Of a DNA stretch of 64,000 bases, positions 43,238 through 51,984 are shown piece after piece. The position numbers and the translations under genes were made by a program. The notes under the pieces were generated by a model, which was not told the DNA's origin, ran no database searches, and saw nothing but the letters and a program-made list of their open reading frames with translations. The DNA comes from a virus, in the IMG/VR virus record IMGVR_UViG_3300047160_010363, positions 35,983-99,982 of that record. One strand, given 5' to 3'. The first letter of the stretch is position 1. Each line of letters begins with the position of its first letter.

Positions 43238-43597
43238 TTAGCCAGTGTGCTCTGAAAGAGAACCTAATGCAGCAATTAATATCCCCAAAGCCACCTCTTC
43301 GTTGATCCGGCGGCCGCTCCACTCCTGTTCGCGTGCCCACTCCTTAGTGGTGCGCCCAAAACCTACGACGTACCACAGGCATGACCCGGCAGGAGAACCC
43401 AGGCCGCCAACTGCTTGAATGGCGCGCCACACCGCATCGCGTGCGGCTTCAATGTGTGCTTCCCTATTTTCAAAATTGATAGAAGATGGCAATGGATCAA
43501 TCTGTGATGCGGTAAAAACTCTCTGGAAATTTTCACCAGCGCTACGCATTTTCAATGTAATCAAGCCGTCACGTTCCATAGACGCTAATACAGACAT
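43238..43597 (-). CDS. DUF6456-like protein
   Basis: AGE.F..AI.AVGG.GSPAGSCLW.VVG...EWA...W.GR....A.GIL.AAL. Confidence 0.6.
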   Translation of the reverse strand: MSVLASMERDGLITLKMRSAGENFQRVFTASQIDPLPSSINFENREAHIEAARDAVWRAIQAVGGLGSPAGSCLWYVVGFGRTTKEWAREQEWSGRRINEEVALGILIAALGSLSEHTG

Positions 43598-43611
43598 TAC
43601 TTAAAACTCCC

Positions 43612-43806
43612 CTAAGAGGCATTTTCTCTTTTGTATAAACCAGTAGCCAGCAGAGCACGTAGCTCATCACGTGCGTCTTTGTCTTCTGCCACCAACCAGC
43701 GACCCTGGCGTTTGAACCCAGCGCCAGGAGTCGCTAGCAGTACCATCAAAGGCGCGGTCACATCACACACCTCCAGTCTATCAGCAGAGCAGATGAACAC
43801 TTTCAA
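43612..43806 (-). CDS. Hypothetical protein
   Basis: ORF in the gene run. Confidence 0.4.
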   Translation of the reverse strand: MKVFICSADRLEVCDVTAPLMVLLATPGAGFKRQGRWLVAEDKDARDELRALLATGLYKRENAS

Positions 43807-43858
43807 AGCGAGTTATTTTACCCTGTTTGGCCAGTGAAGTAAACTAAAATATTGCCTT

Positions 43859-44077
43859 CTAGATCGTCCATCCGTTGAGTTCGTTCCACCAGCGTTGAGC
43901 ATCTGGCGAAAGTGGACCAGTTAGAGATGATTCCAAAACATAAAGTGGATATAGCCGCGCTACGACGATGTTCGGGCATTGCCCTGGAAACCGATCGCAA
44001 TGATGTAGTGATACTTGCGGTTTACCACAGTCGCGGCATTTGCTCACAGCTCTACCTTCAGTGATATCGTAACTCAT
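43859..44077 (-). CDS. Small Cys-rich protein
   Basis: ATGA overlap with the polymerase stop; CRDCG..HC..CP. Confidence 0.5.
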   Translation of the reverse strand: MSYDITEGRAVSKCRDCGKPQVSLHHCDRFPGQCPNIVVARLYPLYVLESSLTGPLSPDAQRWWNELNGWTI

Positions 44078-46032
44078 GTCTGCACTCCCAAATCTCGCGC
44101 CAACCGTATTGCCTCTTCGCAATAGCGTACGTAATCCAAATCAGGTGGAAGATCTTCTGTCATCTCTGGCAACGGCCTAGCTCCGTCGGTTTTGGGCACC
44201 TTTTTACCATTGAGATGGCCAGCGGAACCATAGCGAATGGCCTCCCCATTCGCAGACCAGTAAAATCGTGCAGCTCTACCCAAAGCGTGACCACGCCAAA
44301 CGGCACCTCCGGTTACTTTTATCAAAGTAACAAACGCGCGCGGGTCTGAGCAATTGTAGACTGTTTCGTCAATAGGTACTTCCTCTGTGAGCCACCGCAT
44401 AACTGCATCAGAGCAAACACACATTTGTGGGTTCTTTGTAAGAGCAACCCTTTGGTCTCCATCTGCCCAAGGGTTGGCTATCCATCCCTTGCGCTTTACC
44501 TTGCCATCCTCCTTTAATGCGATATAGGTATTTACCGAAGATGACCAGAGTGCTGTATAGCGCGTGCGCTCTAGCACCATTCCTACGTCTTCTTCCCAAC
44601 GCGCTAAGATCATCTCGAATTGAGTTTCCAGAGCACGAGGACAGAGGAAAACGACACCATCCGTATTGGCACTAACAACTGGAATTCCAGCCTCTTCGGC
44701 CATCTCTATTAACATCAGTATTGAAAGCTGACCTGTAAGTGTCGTTGCTACAAGCATGTGCGGTGCATATAAAAACGAGTAAGAAGACCCCAGTTTACCG
44801 TAGACACCATTAACCGCGACGCGTCCCCCGTCCATTCTTACCTTGTCGCCGGCAGCCTTTGCGGCGAGACGCTCTTTCACGATATCGCCGTATACTTGTA
44901 AAAACTCTGGTCCAGTAGCTGCAGGATAGAGACCTAACCGTAGTATTAAATTAGGATATTGACTAGCTACGTCTACATCCACCAATTGGTGGTCTGTGTT
45001 TGAACGCAGCGCACGATGCTCCTCGGTGGAGTGTAGTCCGCCAATACCCATAGTATAAATTGAATTGCCAAGCGTTTCTGTGTGTGTTTTTAGCCAAAGT
45101 GGTGGTGTAATGTTGCCGAATGCGTCTACACTGAACTGAGCTTCATTTAATCTCGTCATCAGTGTGCGCAGCTGCTGGCTTTCAAAGCGTATCCATTCTG
45201 GCACAGTGTAACCAAACGTACTAGCTGTTGTAGTAGACTGCGCTATACGATGCCCTAACGCGCGCTCTACACCAGCGCGTACTACTGCTTCACCGACTTG
45301 CGCGTCGCTCTTTGAGCGGAGATCCAGGCCCCAGCGTTGACCCAGCGCAACGCGCATTTCCAGCGGACCACGCAGTGCATGGTAGAGTCCCTTCAGCGCG
45401 ACGAGGTCATTGAGGCAGTATAGCGTAACTATATTCATCTGGCTCGCTGTGAGCCAATCATCCGGTGGGAATGGCAGATCTACAATAAATTGACCATGCA
45501 GCCGACCATGGATCATTTTCAATGATTGCCGACCTGCGGGACAAGTCATCATCAGGTCTACATGATTTATCCCAGGCAAACCTTTCTCAGCTCTCGCACC
45601 CTCGTTTACAATAGACATGCTAAGAGTATAAAGTTCCTTGAGACTCGCTCCTGCTAATGCCGCTGCGATAACGGGCAAATCATAAGAGTTTCCATTGAAA
45701 CTAATGGTCACGCAGCGAGTCAGGAGATTTTTGATAGCTGTTCTGTTCAACTCGGAGCGATTGGATAGTTCAAACGCCATGCGCTTACCGTCGGTGAACC
45801 GGTGCACGCAGAGCAAGAAAAAGTTACGATAAATCTCTACATCTATCCCTACTGCGGTGCGTGCGTCCCAGTCCCAGCTATCGGCGTCTAAGGTAAGAGG
45901 AGCGTCACCCGCAGAGGCTAAAATCTCTACGTGAGACGCTAAAAACTGGTCACAATATTCTGGTGCCTGCTCCACAGGTGGCGTGGGTCGCCATCGTGGG
46001 CTGAACAGACCGAGCTGTAATGCGGTAGTCAT
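44074..46032 (-). CDS. DNA polymerase, family B-like phage type
   Basis: Exonuclease DVEIY and FNG.SYDLP; polymerase motifs DVASQYPNL, R(K)..VNGVYGK, SANTDG. Confidence 0.85.
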   Translation of the reverse strand: MTTALQLGLFSPRWRPTPPVEQAPEYCDQFLASHVEILASAGDAPLTLDADSWDWDARTAVGIDVEIYRNFFLLCVHRFTDGKRMAFELSNRSELNRTAIKNLLTRCVTISFNGNSYDLPVIAAALAGASLKELYTLSMSIVNEGARAEKGLPGINHVDLMMTCPAGRQSLKMIHGRLHGQFIVDLPFPPDDWLTASQMNIVTLYCLNDLVALKGLYHALRGPLEMRVALGQRWGLDLRSKSDAQVGEAVVRAGVERALGHRIAQSTTTASTFGYTVPEWIRFESQQLRTLMTRLNEAQFSVDAFGNITPPLWLKTHTETLGNSIYTMGIGGLHSTEEHRALRSNTDHQLVDVDVASQYPNLILRLGLYPAATGPEFLQVYGDIVKERLAAKAAGDKVRMDGGRVAVNGVYGKLGSSYSFLYAPHMLVATTLTGQLSILMLIEMAEEAGIPVVSANTDGVVFLCPRALETQFEMILARWEEDVGMVLERTRYTALWSSSVNTYIALKEDGKVKRKGWIANPWADGDQRVALTKNPQMCVCSDAVMRWLTEEVPIDETVYNCSDPRAFVTLIKVTGGAVWRGHALGRAARFYWSANGEAIRYGSAGHLNGKKVPKTDGARPLPEMTEDLPPDLDYVRYCEEAIRLARDLGVQT

Positions 46033-46364
46033 TCTGGATCATAGCCAAAAGGATGCTCCTGTGAATGTGGTACATATGGTCGGTTCGTCATCTCTAACTC
46101 CACAAGCATTAGATAACACCGTAGATCTCGTATATCGTCTAATATACCTTCAGGTCTTTTGTCCTCAATTATAGCTGCGAAGATATCATAGTGCTCTTTT
46201 TGAACCGTGGTCTCGAGCCGATCCCATTTACGTGCAAGCATCATGAATGCTCCCACACCACCTCTTCGCTTCCATGATTGGCCATACTCTACGTTTTTCA
46301 CGCAAAGAGTTTCGACATCTGCGTTTGCAATGAACTGCAAATCTTGCTTGAATGTAGAGTTCAT
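46029..46364 (-). CDS. Nucleotide-modification-associated domain 1 (Nmad1; all-alpha NTP pyrophosphatase-like)
   Basis: K...YG.SWKRRGGVGAFMMLARKWDRLE..YDIF..ILDDIRDLR.YL.LVE. Confidence 0.85.
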   Translation of the reverse strand: MNSTFKQDLQFIANADVETLCVKNVEYGQSWKRRGGVGAFMMLARKWDRLETTVQKEHYDIFAAIIEDKRPEGILDDIRDLRCYLMLVELEMTNRPYVPHSQEHPFGYDPE

Positions 46365-46780
46365 TTCGAAAATACCTTCCTTGCTTGCGCTACGAGAAGG
46401 TCTGATATCCTGCTTCGCTGGCTCCTACCTATTAAACTTTTTCTATGTAGCAAGATCATGGTATCGTCCCAATCGTCTCCTGGTGCATGAGCCACTATAA
46501 GTTTGCTATTCATATTAGCCCAGAGTATTTCACGCGCAGTGGAGTTCCCGATATATCCGTCTCCCAGCACGACTATCGCTTCTGAGGCGATAATCTTTTT
46601 AAAATAAACTAGATCAGCTATGGTCTTTTCAAGCTGACCTTCTGCCCAGTCTTCATTCGAACTCCTGTGTGAAGGCAACACTGCCAGGCTAAACACAGCC
46701 ACACCACGACTCCCTAGCTCGCGGGCAGCAGTGATGAATTCAGACTCGAACCTGACAGAGCCACATAGAGTAATAATCAT
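46361..46780 (-). CDS. Nucleoside 2-deoxyribosyltransferase/DUF4406-like protein
   Basis: ITLCGS.RF..F..KKI..S.AI.V..GYIG.ST..EI..A; ATGA-coupled on both sides. Confidence 0.7.
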   Translation of the reverse strand: MIITLCGSVRFESEFITAARELGSRGVAVFSLAVLPSHRSSNEDWAEGQLEKTIADLVYFKKIIASEAIVVLGDGYIGNSTAREILWANMNSKLIVAHAPGDDWDDTMILLHRKSLIGRSQRSRISDLLVAQARKVFSK

Positions 46781-47790
46781 TTCGCCCTCCTCCTTTCTAA
46801 CCATTGCAATGCAGCCATTTGCCAATCTGCAGCGAGACACTGGTCAACACAAGCAAATGCAGTGTCCCAGTCCTTGCGCTTCCACGCTTCGTGGGCCCAC
46901 CACAAAGGTTTAGCTACACGATGAAACCAGCGATTTCTAAACCCATTTGCGCTTGGGTCCTCCAGGAAAAGTGCTAAATCCATGTCCCATGTAGTCGGGT
47001 CGTCTACTAGCGGGAAAGGCGCTACTATGGCAGGATTGGTATAGGGGTCTGTTGGAGTCTCTTCACGCAACGCTGCGCGTAGCTTATCGTACAGAGCCAC
47101 ATAGGCGTGGAAGTCGTTACTGACTTGGTAATACGTACCAACAACCAGACCAAGGTTAGCAGCGACATACTCCTGCAACATGGAAAATACTACTGCGTTC
47201 TCTCCATATGCGCCCCAAATAAGATCATTACTACGGCACGTCACAGTTATGTTCAGCCGGTTGGGCTCATCGCGACAGCCTAAGCTGACACGAAAGTAGA
47301 CCTGAGTATTGCACGGCACGGAAGGTGTGCTTTCGCCCACATATAGATCGCGATCTGGGTCCCACATCGTGAGCACCGCACGCCGACCATTGGGATTGGC
47401 TTGTAGATACTTTATCACACGTACAAGCTGATCTTTTTCCTCTCCCTTGAACACACTGGGCCAGTGACGCCAACGCCATCCATAGGCGTCGCTAAGCACA
47501 CCATTGGTACTGAACCGCGCACCGTAGCCACGAATAAAACGATCCAAGAATGCTGCGTCGTTGCGTCCTCCTAGGCAGTGGAGACCAGCGAACAAGTGAA
47601 AGAAGGGGTTAGCGTCCCGCGCTGGCCAGAACAGCACTCGCTCTGCTGGTCTCTCGTAAACAGTCGTCACTGGATATGGCGAGACGATCACATCGCCAGC
47701 TCGTGAAGGCATGGGCTGACCGCAGTCAGTCAGGTGCCTCATACCTTGAACTATAGCATCGTTTACGTTACGAGCGCGAATTACGTGCAT
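46777..47790 (-). CDS. Thymidylate synthase homolog (dUMP hydroxymethylase-like, divergent)
   Basis: RDANPFFH, AYG.RWR, DQL, RRAVLTMWDP, VPCN, RSND.IWGAYG.N, FHAY; ATG at 47790 with GAGGA RBS. Confidence 0.85.
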   Translation of the reverse strand: MHVIRARNVNDAIVQGMRHLTDCGQPMPSRAGDVIVSPYPVTTVYERPAERVLFWPARDANPFFHLFAGLHCLGGRNDAAFLDRFIRGYGARFSTNGVLSDAYGWRWRHWPSVFKGEEKDQLVRVIKYLQANPNGRRAVLTMWDPDRDLYVGESTPSVPCNTQVYFRVSLGCRDEPNRLNITVTCRSNDLIWGAYGENAVVFSMLQEYVAANLGLVVGTYYQVSNDFHAYVALYDKLRAALREETPTDPYTNPAIVAPFPLVDDPTTWDMDLALFLEDPSANGFRNRWFHRVAKPLWWAHEAWKRKDWDTAFACVDQCLAADWQMAALQWLERRRAK

Positions 47791-47852
47791 ATGGTCGTTT
47801 CCTCTTGATTGAGTGGACCAGCGCTTATAAATCCGGCACTTATATGCCAGTC

Positions 47853-48737
47853 TCAATAATACTCTTGGTTCGACTTGTACTCTTGTCTCGGACGTCCCTG
47901 GCCTAACTGTGTGCGAATGTATTTGCTCACCTCACAGCAGACGTTCGTAACATCACTGAGATCTAGTTCAATTCCTTCCTTGATCAGTGCAGACCGTAAC
48001 TCCAGCAGCTCTGGTAGCGCTTGACTCTGTCTCAGATTGAACTGCGCTGGACGGTCATTAAGGTAATTCAACCCCTGAATAGTGCCAGGGCCAGCAGCAG
48101 CCCATGTGTTAATGTCTGGTGCATCGCACAGATATCGTGTCCAGCGCATATCTACACAAATTTGATATGCCATGAACTGACCTATGCCGTTGATTTTGCA
48201 GAGTCTTTCGTGGGTGCCCTGTATAGTTGGGTCTGCTTTAGATTTTAACTGAGGTGAAAGATAATAATTGATTGACTCTCGCTTTTCCCACAGCGAAGCT
48301 AACACGCTGCCTGCCACGCATTGCGCTTTGTCGACGCCTCTCGGCACAGAGCGATTATTGAGCATATAAGCGGATGTGAATACTTTCTCTGCGCGAGCAT
48401 GGCGGTCCCGCAGTGTATTGACGATAGCTGACGCGTAGTAATCGCGTGCTGGCCAAAGCCCACGATCCATGATCTCTTGCAGTGTCGGCGGCCAGTTAAT
48501 GTGACGTGCTAAAGCAAGCATGAACCAGAGGTTAGGGCTATCTGCGTAGGGCTCGCGGGTATGTCGTGCTATCCATCGTGTTACGCGGTCGTCCTCGCGA
48601 TGCAGGTTACAGAACCGATATCGGTTCAATATCTCATCATCTGTCCACGGACGCGGCTCACCGGCCTTCTTACGACGGAGAATGGCTTCGCGTTCGCGAC
48701 ACCAGTAGACGAATGTGGAGAAAACGTCTGAATTCAT
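47853..48737 (-). CDS. 5-hydroxymethyl-dU DNA kinase (aGPT-Pplase1)
   Basis: ERE.I...K..G...PWT.D.IL..YRFCN..REDDRVT.WI, R..NWP.TL, KVFT.AY, G.G.FMAYQ...D, GPG...GL, CE..KY. Confidence 0.92.
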   Translation of the reverse strand: MNSDVFSTFVYWCREREAILRRKKAGEPRPWTDDEILNRYRFCNLHREDDRVTRWIARHTREPYADSPNLWFMLALARHINWPPTLQEIMDRGLWPARDYYASAIVNTLRDRHARAEKVFTSAYMLNNRSVPRGVDKAQCVAGSVLASLWEKRESINYYLSPQLKSKADPTIQGTHERLCKINGIGQFMAYQICVDMRWTRYLCDAPDINTWAAAGPGTIQGLNYLNDRPAQFNLRQSQALPELLELRSALIKEGIELDLSDVTNVCCEVSKYIRTQLGQGRPRQEYKSNQEYY

Positions 48738-49333
48738 GGCGGTATCCTCAGTAGCTCAAACGTGCGCGCGAGTGCCGCAGCGCGATCAAGATGCACTATT
48801 CGCAGACCTTCGCGAGCGTGTTTTTTGGAGGACCCAATTAAACCAGCGTGCTTTTTTGTCGTATTGTGTGGATTTACAAGACCAAGATCTTTCCCTAACC
48901 GCGCTCCGCGCTCAGCTCGTCGTGCGTTAACCGCAGCGAGACAGTCCTCGAGCGAGGTATTCAGATGGATCACTGTTAGATCTGGACCCAATCTACGCAA
49001 ACGATCCCCACCCCACGCAGAGACCATCAAGCCTTCGAGCAGCACATTACCTTGTCCGGATTGCTGCTTGACAAGTCTCTCTATATCATCAGGTGCCCCA
49101 GGCCAACTGAGAGTGTCGCATCCACCACAAGTCACATCATAACGACCGATAACACTGAGAGGAAGAATGTCGGGACAGGAGCACCAGTAGTAACCCGCCA
49201 GCTTATTAGCTGGTTTTTTCATGGAAGTATCTATAAGACCTAAAGTATCATCGTGTTGACCCAATCGCTCCATGACTCGGTTGACGATATAGGTCTTGCC
49301 AGAGCCCGACGTCCCTCGTAGCATGATTATCAT
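48734..49333 (-). CDS. P-loop nucleotide kinase (probable 5hmdUMP kinase)
   Basis: IMLRGTSGSGKT, G.Y...CGGCDT, VLLEG, LNT..EDCL..V..RR; ATGA-coupled. Confidence 0.8.
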   Translation of the reverse strand: MIIMLRGTSGSGKTYIVNRVMERLGQHDDTLGLIDTSMKKPANKLAGYYWCSCPDILPLSVIGRYDVTCGGCDTLSWPGAPDDIERLVKQQSGQGNVLLEGLMVSAWGGDRLRRLGPDLTVIHLNTSLEDCLAAVNARRAERGARLGKDLGLVNPHNTTKKHAGLIGSSKKHAREGLRIVHLDRAAALARTFELLRIPP

Positions 49334-49776
49334 GTGGCAACCCACTCCTGCATCCAAGGCTTCAGCGAGGCTGTCGGCACTGCGGTTAGCACGTGCTCTC
49401 TGGCTTGTGTCGCGGTCCAGTGGTTGTGAAATGCAGTGACCATAATGCAGAACATCACACTTCGCGTCTTGCCAGCTTCGCACAGTACTAGTAGACGTTT
49501 GCCTGGGAACTGGAGGTAGTCAGCTGCGGCGCGGGCAGCGAGCTCTACGTGTGGTTTCTGCATGTCCTCGCTGCGATGACATGAGAGTTGGAGGATAAAA
49601 TCAAGACCAGAGTCTGCCAGCTCGGGATCAGGCTTAGGCCATAAATTCGTGATCGCTGTCACTCCAGCCTCACGCAGCGCAGCCAGCTTGGGCTCTCTCT
49701 GCCATGTGAGAATTTGCGCTCGCTGTAGCAGTCGCCCCGGCAGCACTTCGCGGAACGCGCCGCGAGTGGTGTTCAT
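49330..49776 (-). CDS. CX5R (PTP/DSP-fold) phosphatase
   Basis: L..AGVTAI.NL and LLVLCEAGKTRS active-site loop. Confidence 0.8.
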   Translation of the reverse strand: MNTTRGAFREVLPGRLLQRAQILTWQREPKLAALREAGVTAITNLWPKPDPELADSGLDFILQLSCHRSEDMQKPHVELAARAAADYLQFPGKRLLVLCEAGKTRSVMFCIMVTAFHNHWTATQAREHVLTAVPTASLKPWMQEWVAT

Positions 49777-50789
49777 TACACTCTCTCCATTGGATGAGCC
49801 ACATTAGTTGTTCCGGACCAGTCGTATCTGAGATCTGACCAGTTATATCCGTGGTCACGCAGAGTGCGCGTCAGTGGCCACCGAGTACCATGCCACCCAC
49901 TGATCTCGCCGAGTGCCTCTGGTGGAAATAATGCTTTACGAGCACGCCAAAGAAGAGTAACATCTATCTGTTCTCCCCAGTACTCGAAAACCTTATCGTA
50001 CAGCAGTGGCTCCTGATCGATGGTCCATCCTGGATACTGATGATAATTTTCGTATGCTGACTTCATCTCACAGAGCATGGCTGCTAGGATATATTCATTA
50101 ACCTCCGGTATCTCGGTTCGCACTCGTTTCAATAGTTGCTCGCAGAGCTGGTTCGTCAGCTCGTTGCCCTCGACGTTATCAACGAGTAATTTTTCCATAT
50201 GTTCCGGATAGAGCAGGCACAGCATACGCTTTGGCGACCACCCGCCCACGGAACGTATGTCGTAGAGCATAGCTGGTACATTAAAGTATCGGCGCAGACC
50301 CTCCACGAAGCGTATGTTGATATATCTACCAAAGAACTTAATCCCACCAGCACTATCCCAGACATAATCGTAGTTGGTACGGCTAAGCTCTTTCGGCAAT
50401 AGACTCAACTCTGGATAATCATATTCTATCCATTGAGCCAGCGAAGCCAAACAGCGAGCCATCTTGACCGGCGACCGCACGCAGCGGCGTTCCGTACGGG
50501 TAATTATGCCGGGCCAATGCTCACGCAACCACAGCTCAAGATTCTCACAGCGTGCCACCTCAAACGGCTTCAAGGTCCAAATGACCTGTGCCGTGGGCAG
50601 GCAGTAGGTCGCTGCATAGCATCCCAGAGCCCAGAGCCCCTGTGCCGTGGGCATATCCCGCACCAGATAACCCATGATCGCGAGATGTGGCGAGGGCTCA
50701 CCCACAGCTAGCTTGAACCTGGTGAATTCCACGAATTTCTCGTAATGCCACTCCGGCGAGTGGTCGCTTATAACGGGTCGTTGGCTCAT
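49776..50789 (-). CDS. Amino acid:DNA transferase-like protein (aGPT-Pplase2, HhH glycosylase fold)
   Basis: W..G.Y...Y, W...HW....R.ERR, FFGRY..IRF.E, GG.SP...L, LCE.K, YPG..ID, W.AR...FP...LGE..GW.G. Confidence 0.7.
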   Translation of the reverse strand: MSQRPVISDHSPEWHYEKFVEFTRFKLAVGEPSPHLAIMGYLVRDMPTAQGLWALGCYAATYCLPTAQVIWTLKPFEVARCENLELWLREHWPGIITRTERRCVRSPVKMARCLASLAQWIEYDYPELSLLPKELSRTNYDYVWDSAGGIKFFGRYINIRFVEGLRRYFNVPAMLYDIRSVGGWSPKRMLCLLYPEHMEKLLVDNVEGNELTNQLCEQLLKRVRTEIPEVNEYILAAMLCEMKSAYENYHQYPGWTIDQEPLLYDKVFEYWGEQIDVTLLWRARKALFPPEALGEISGWHGTRWPLTRTLRDHGYNWSDLRYDWSGTTNVAHPMERV

Positions 50790-50826
50790 AGCTTTAGAAC
50801 ACTCTCCACCATTTTTTCTAGGAGTT

Positions 50827-51984
50827 TTAGACCTTTCCCGCCGCTAACTGGCCGCCACCCCGTTCGTGCTCTCCCTGCACGTCCGCCGGAGCTCCGATGA
50901 GCCACACCTCCATACCGTCAAGTGCCCACACCTCGTCAGGCGCTTGTACAGGTGGGTGCTTAAACAACCATGCTGAAGGCTCCGCTATAGCTCCGGACTC
51001 TCCACGATCTAGTGCCACTCGAGCGCAGCGCACTGCATCCACCACGACACCGGCCGAGTTGGGAGAGTCCACTACTTCCAGTTTGAGCTCAATGTTGATT
51101 GGTGCTCCGCCGAACCCCGAACCCTCAAGGCGGATATGTGCCCACTTGCGATCCTGCAGCCAAGGCACATAGTCACTAGGGCCAATATGAACAGAGTTGG
51201 CAGGCAGATCCCGGCTAAAAGTAGCTCGCACAGCAGCAGTCTTTGATTTCTTTTTGGTATCTAAACGCTTACGCTCCAGCATGTTATAGAAATCTGCGTT
51301 ACCACCCACATTGAGCTGACTAGTACGATCAAGCCGCACCCCGCGGTCCCGGAATAATGCGCTCAGTGCACGATGCACTGAGGTGGCACCGAGTTGGCTC
51401 TTCACATCATCACCCAACAAGGGCAGGCGATTAGAGGCAAATTCATCAGCCCAGTGACGATCACTAGCAATAAACGTTGGCATACAATTGACAAAAGCGC
51501 ACCCTGCCATCATTGCAGCGCTCGCGTAATATCGCGCAGCTTTTTCACTACCCACTGGTAGGTAATTAATAACGATTTCAGTGTCAGATTCTCTCAGCGC
51601 GTTGGACACATTTACGGGAGACAGATGAGATTCATCCACCATGTTGGAGAGATATTCTCCGAGCCCATCAAACGTAGGACCTCGTTGGACAATGACGTCC
51701 TCTGCAGCAGTATTACGGTAATTGACAATGTCACGATAATTCGCGAACTGCAGAGTGTTGTTAGGCTCGCCAGTTATGGCTAACGAGAGTGGGCGACCAA
51801 CCTTTTCCGCAGTAACGTCGAACGCAGCAGCAACTTCAATGTCAGCTACGGAATAGCCTCCTATAACCGGCATCATTAAACCATCAGTATTGTTGTTAGT
51901 CTGGGAATAATGAGCTAACCCCTGCACGAACGCAGAGGCGCAATTGCCCACTCCGATTATGGCGACTCGAATCTTGTTTTTCAT
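50827..51984 (-). CDS. ino1: myo-inositol-1-phosphate synthase (inositol-3-phosphate synthase)
   Basis: VAIIGVGNCAS..VQG, AAFDV..KVG, RGPT.DG, NYLPVGS, AFVN..P.FIA, GDD.KSQ.GAT, QLN.GGN.DF.NM, SKT, HIGPSD, DRK, DSPNSAG. Confidence 0.95.
   Translation of the reverse strand: MKNKIRVAIIGVGNCASAFVQGLAHYSQTNNNTDGLMMPVIGGYSVADIEVAAAFDVTAEKVGRPLSLAITGEPNNTLQFANYRDIVNYRNTAAEDVIVQRGPTFDGLGEYLSNMVDESHLSPVNVSNALRESDTEIVINYLPVGSEKAARYYASAAMMAGCAFVNCMPTFIASDRHWADEFASNRLPLLGDDVKSQLGATSVHRALSALFRDRGVRLDRTSQLNVGGNADFYNMLERKRLDTKKKSKTAAVRATFSRDLPANSVHIGPSDYVPWLQDRKWAHIRLEGSGFGGAPINIELKLEVVDSPNSAGVVVDAVRCARVALDRGESGAIAEPSAWLFKHPPVQAPDEVWALDGMEVWLIGAPADVQGEHERGGGQLAAGKV

Noticed and set aside
48734-49483. ORF-track start for the kinase (likewise 47856 for TS, 46840, 35738, 1605, 8946)
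   Set aside because: These upstream starts overlap neighbouring genes; downstream starts with an RBS or stop/start overlap fit better.
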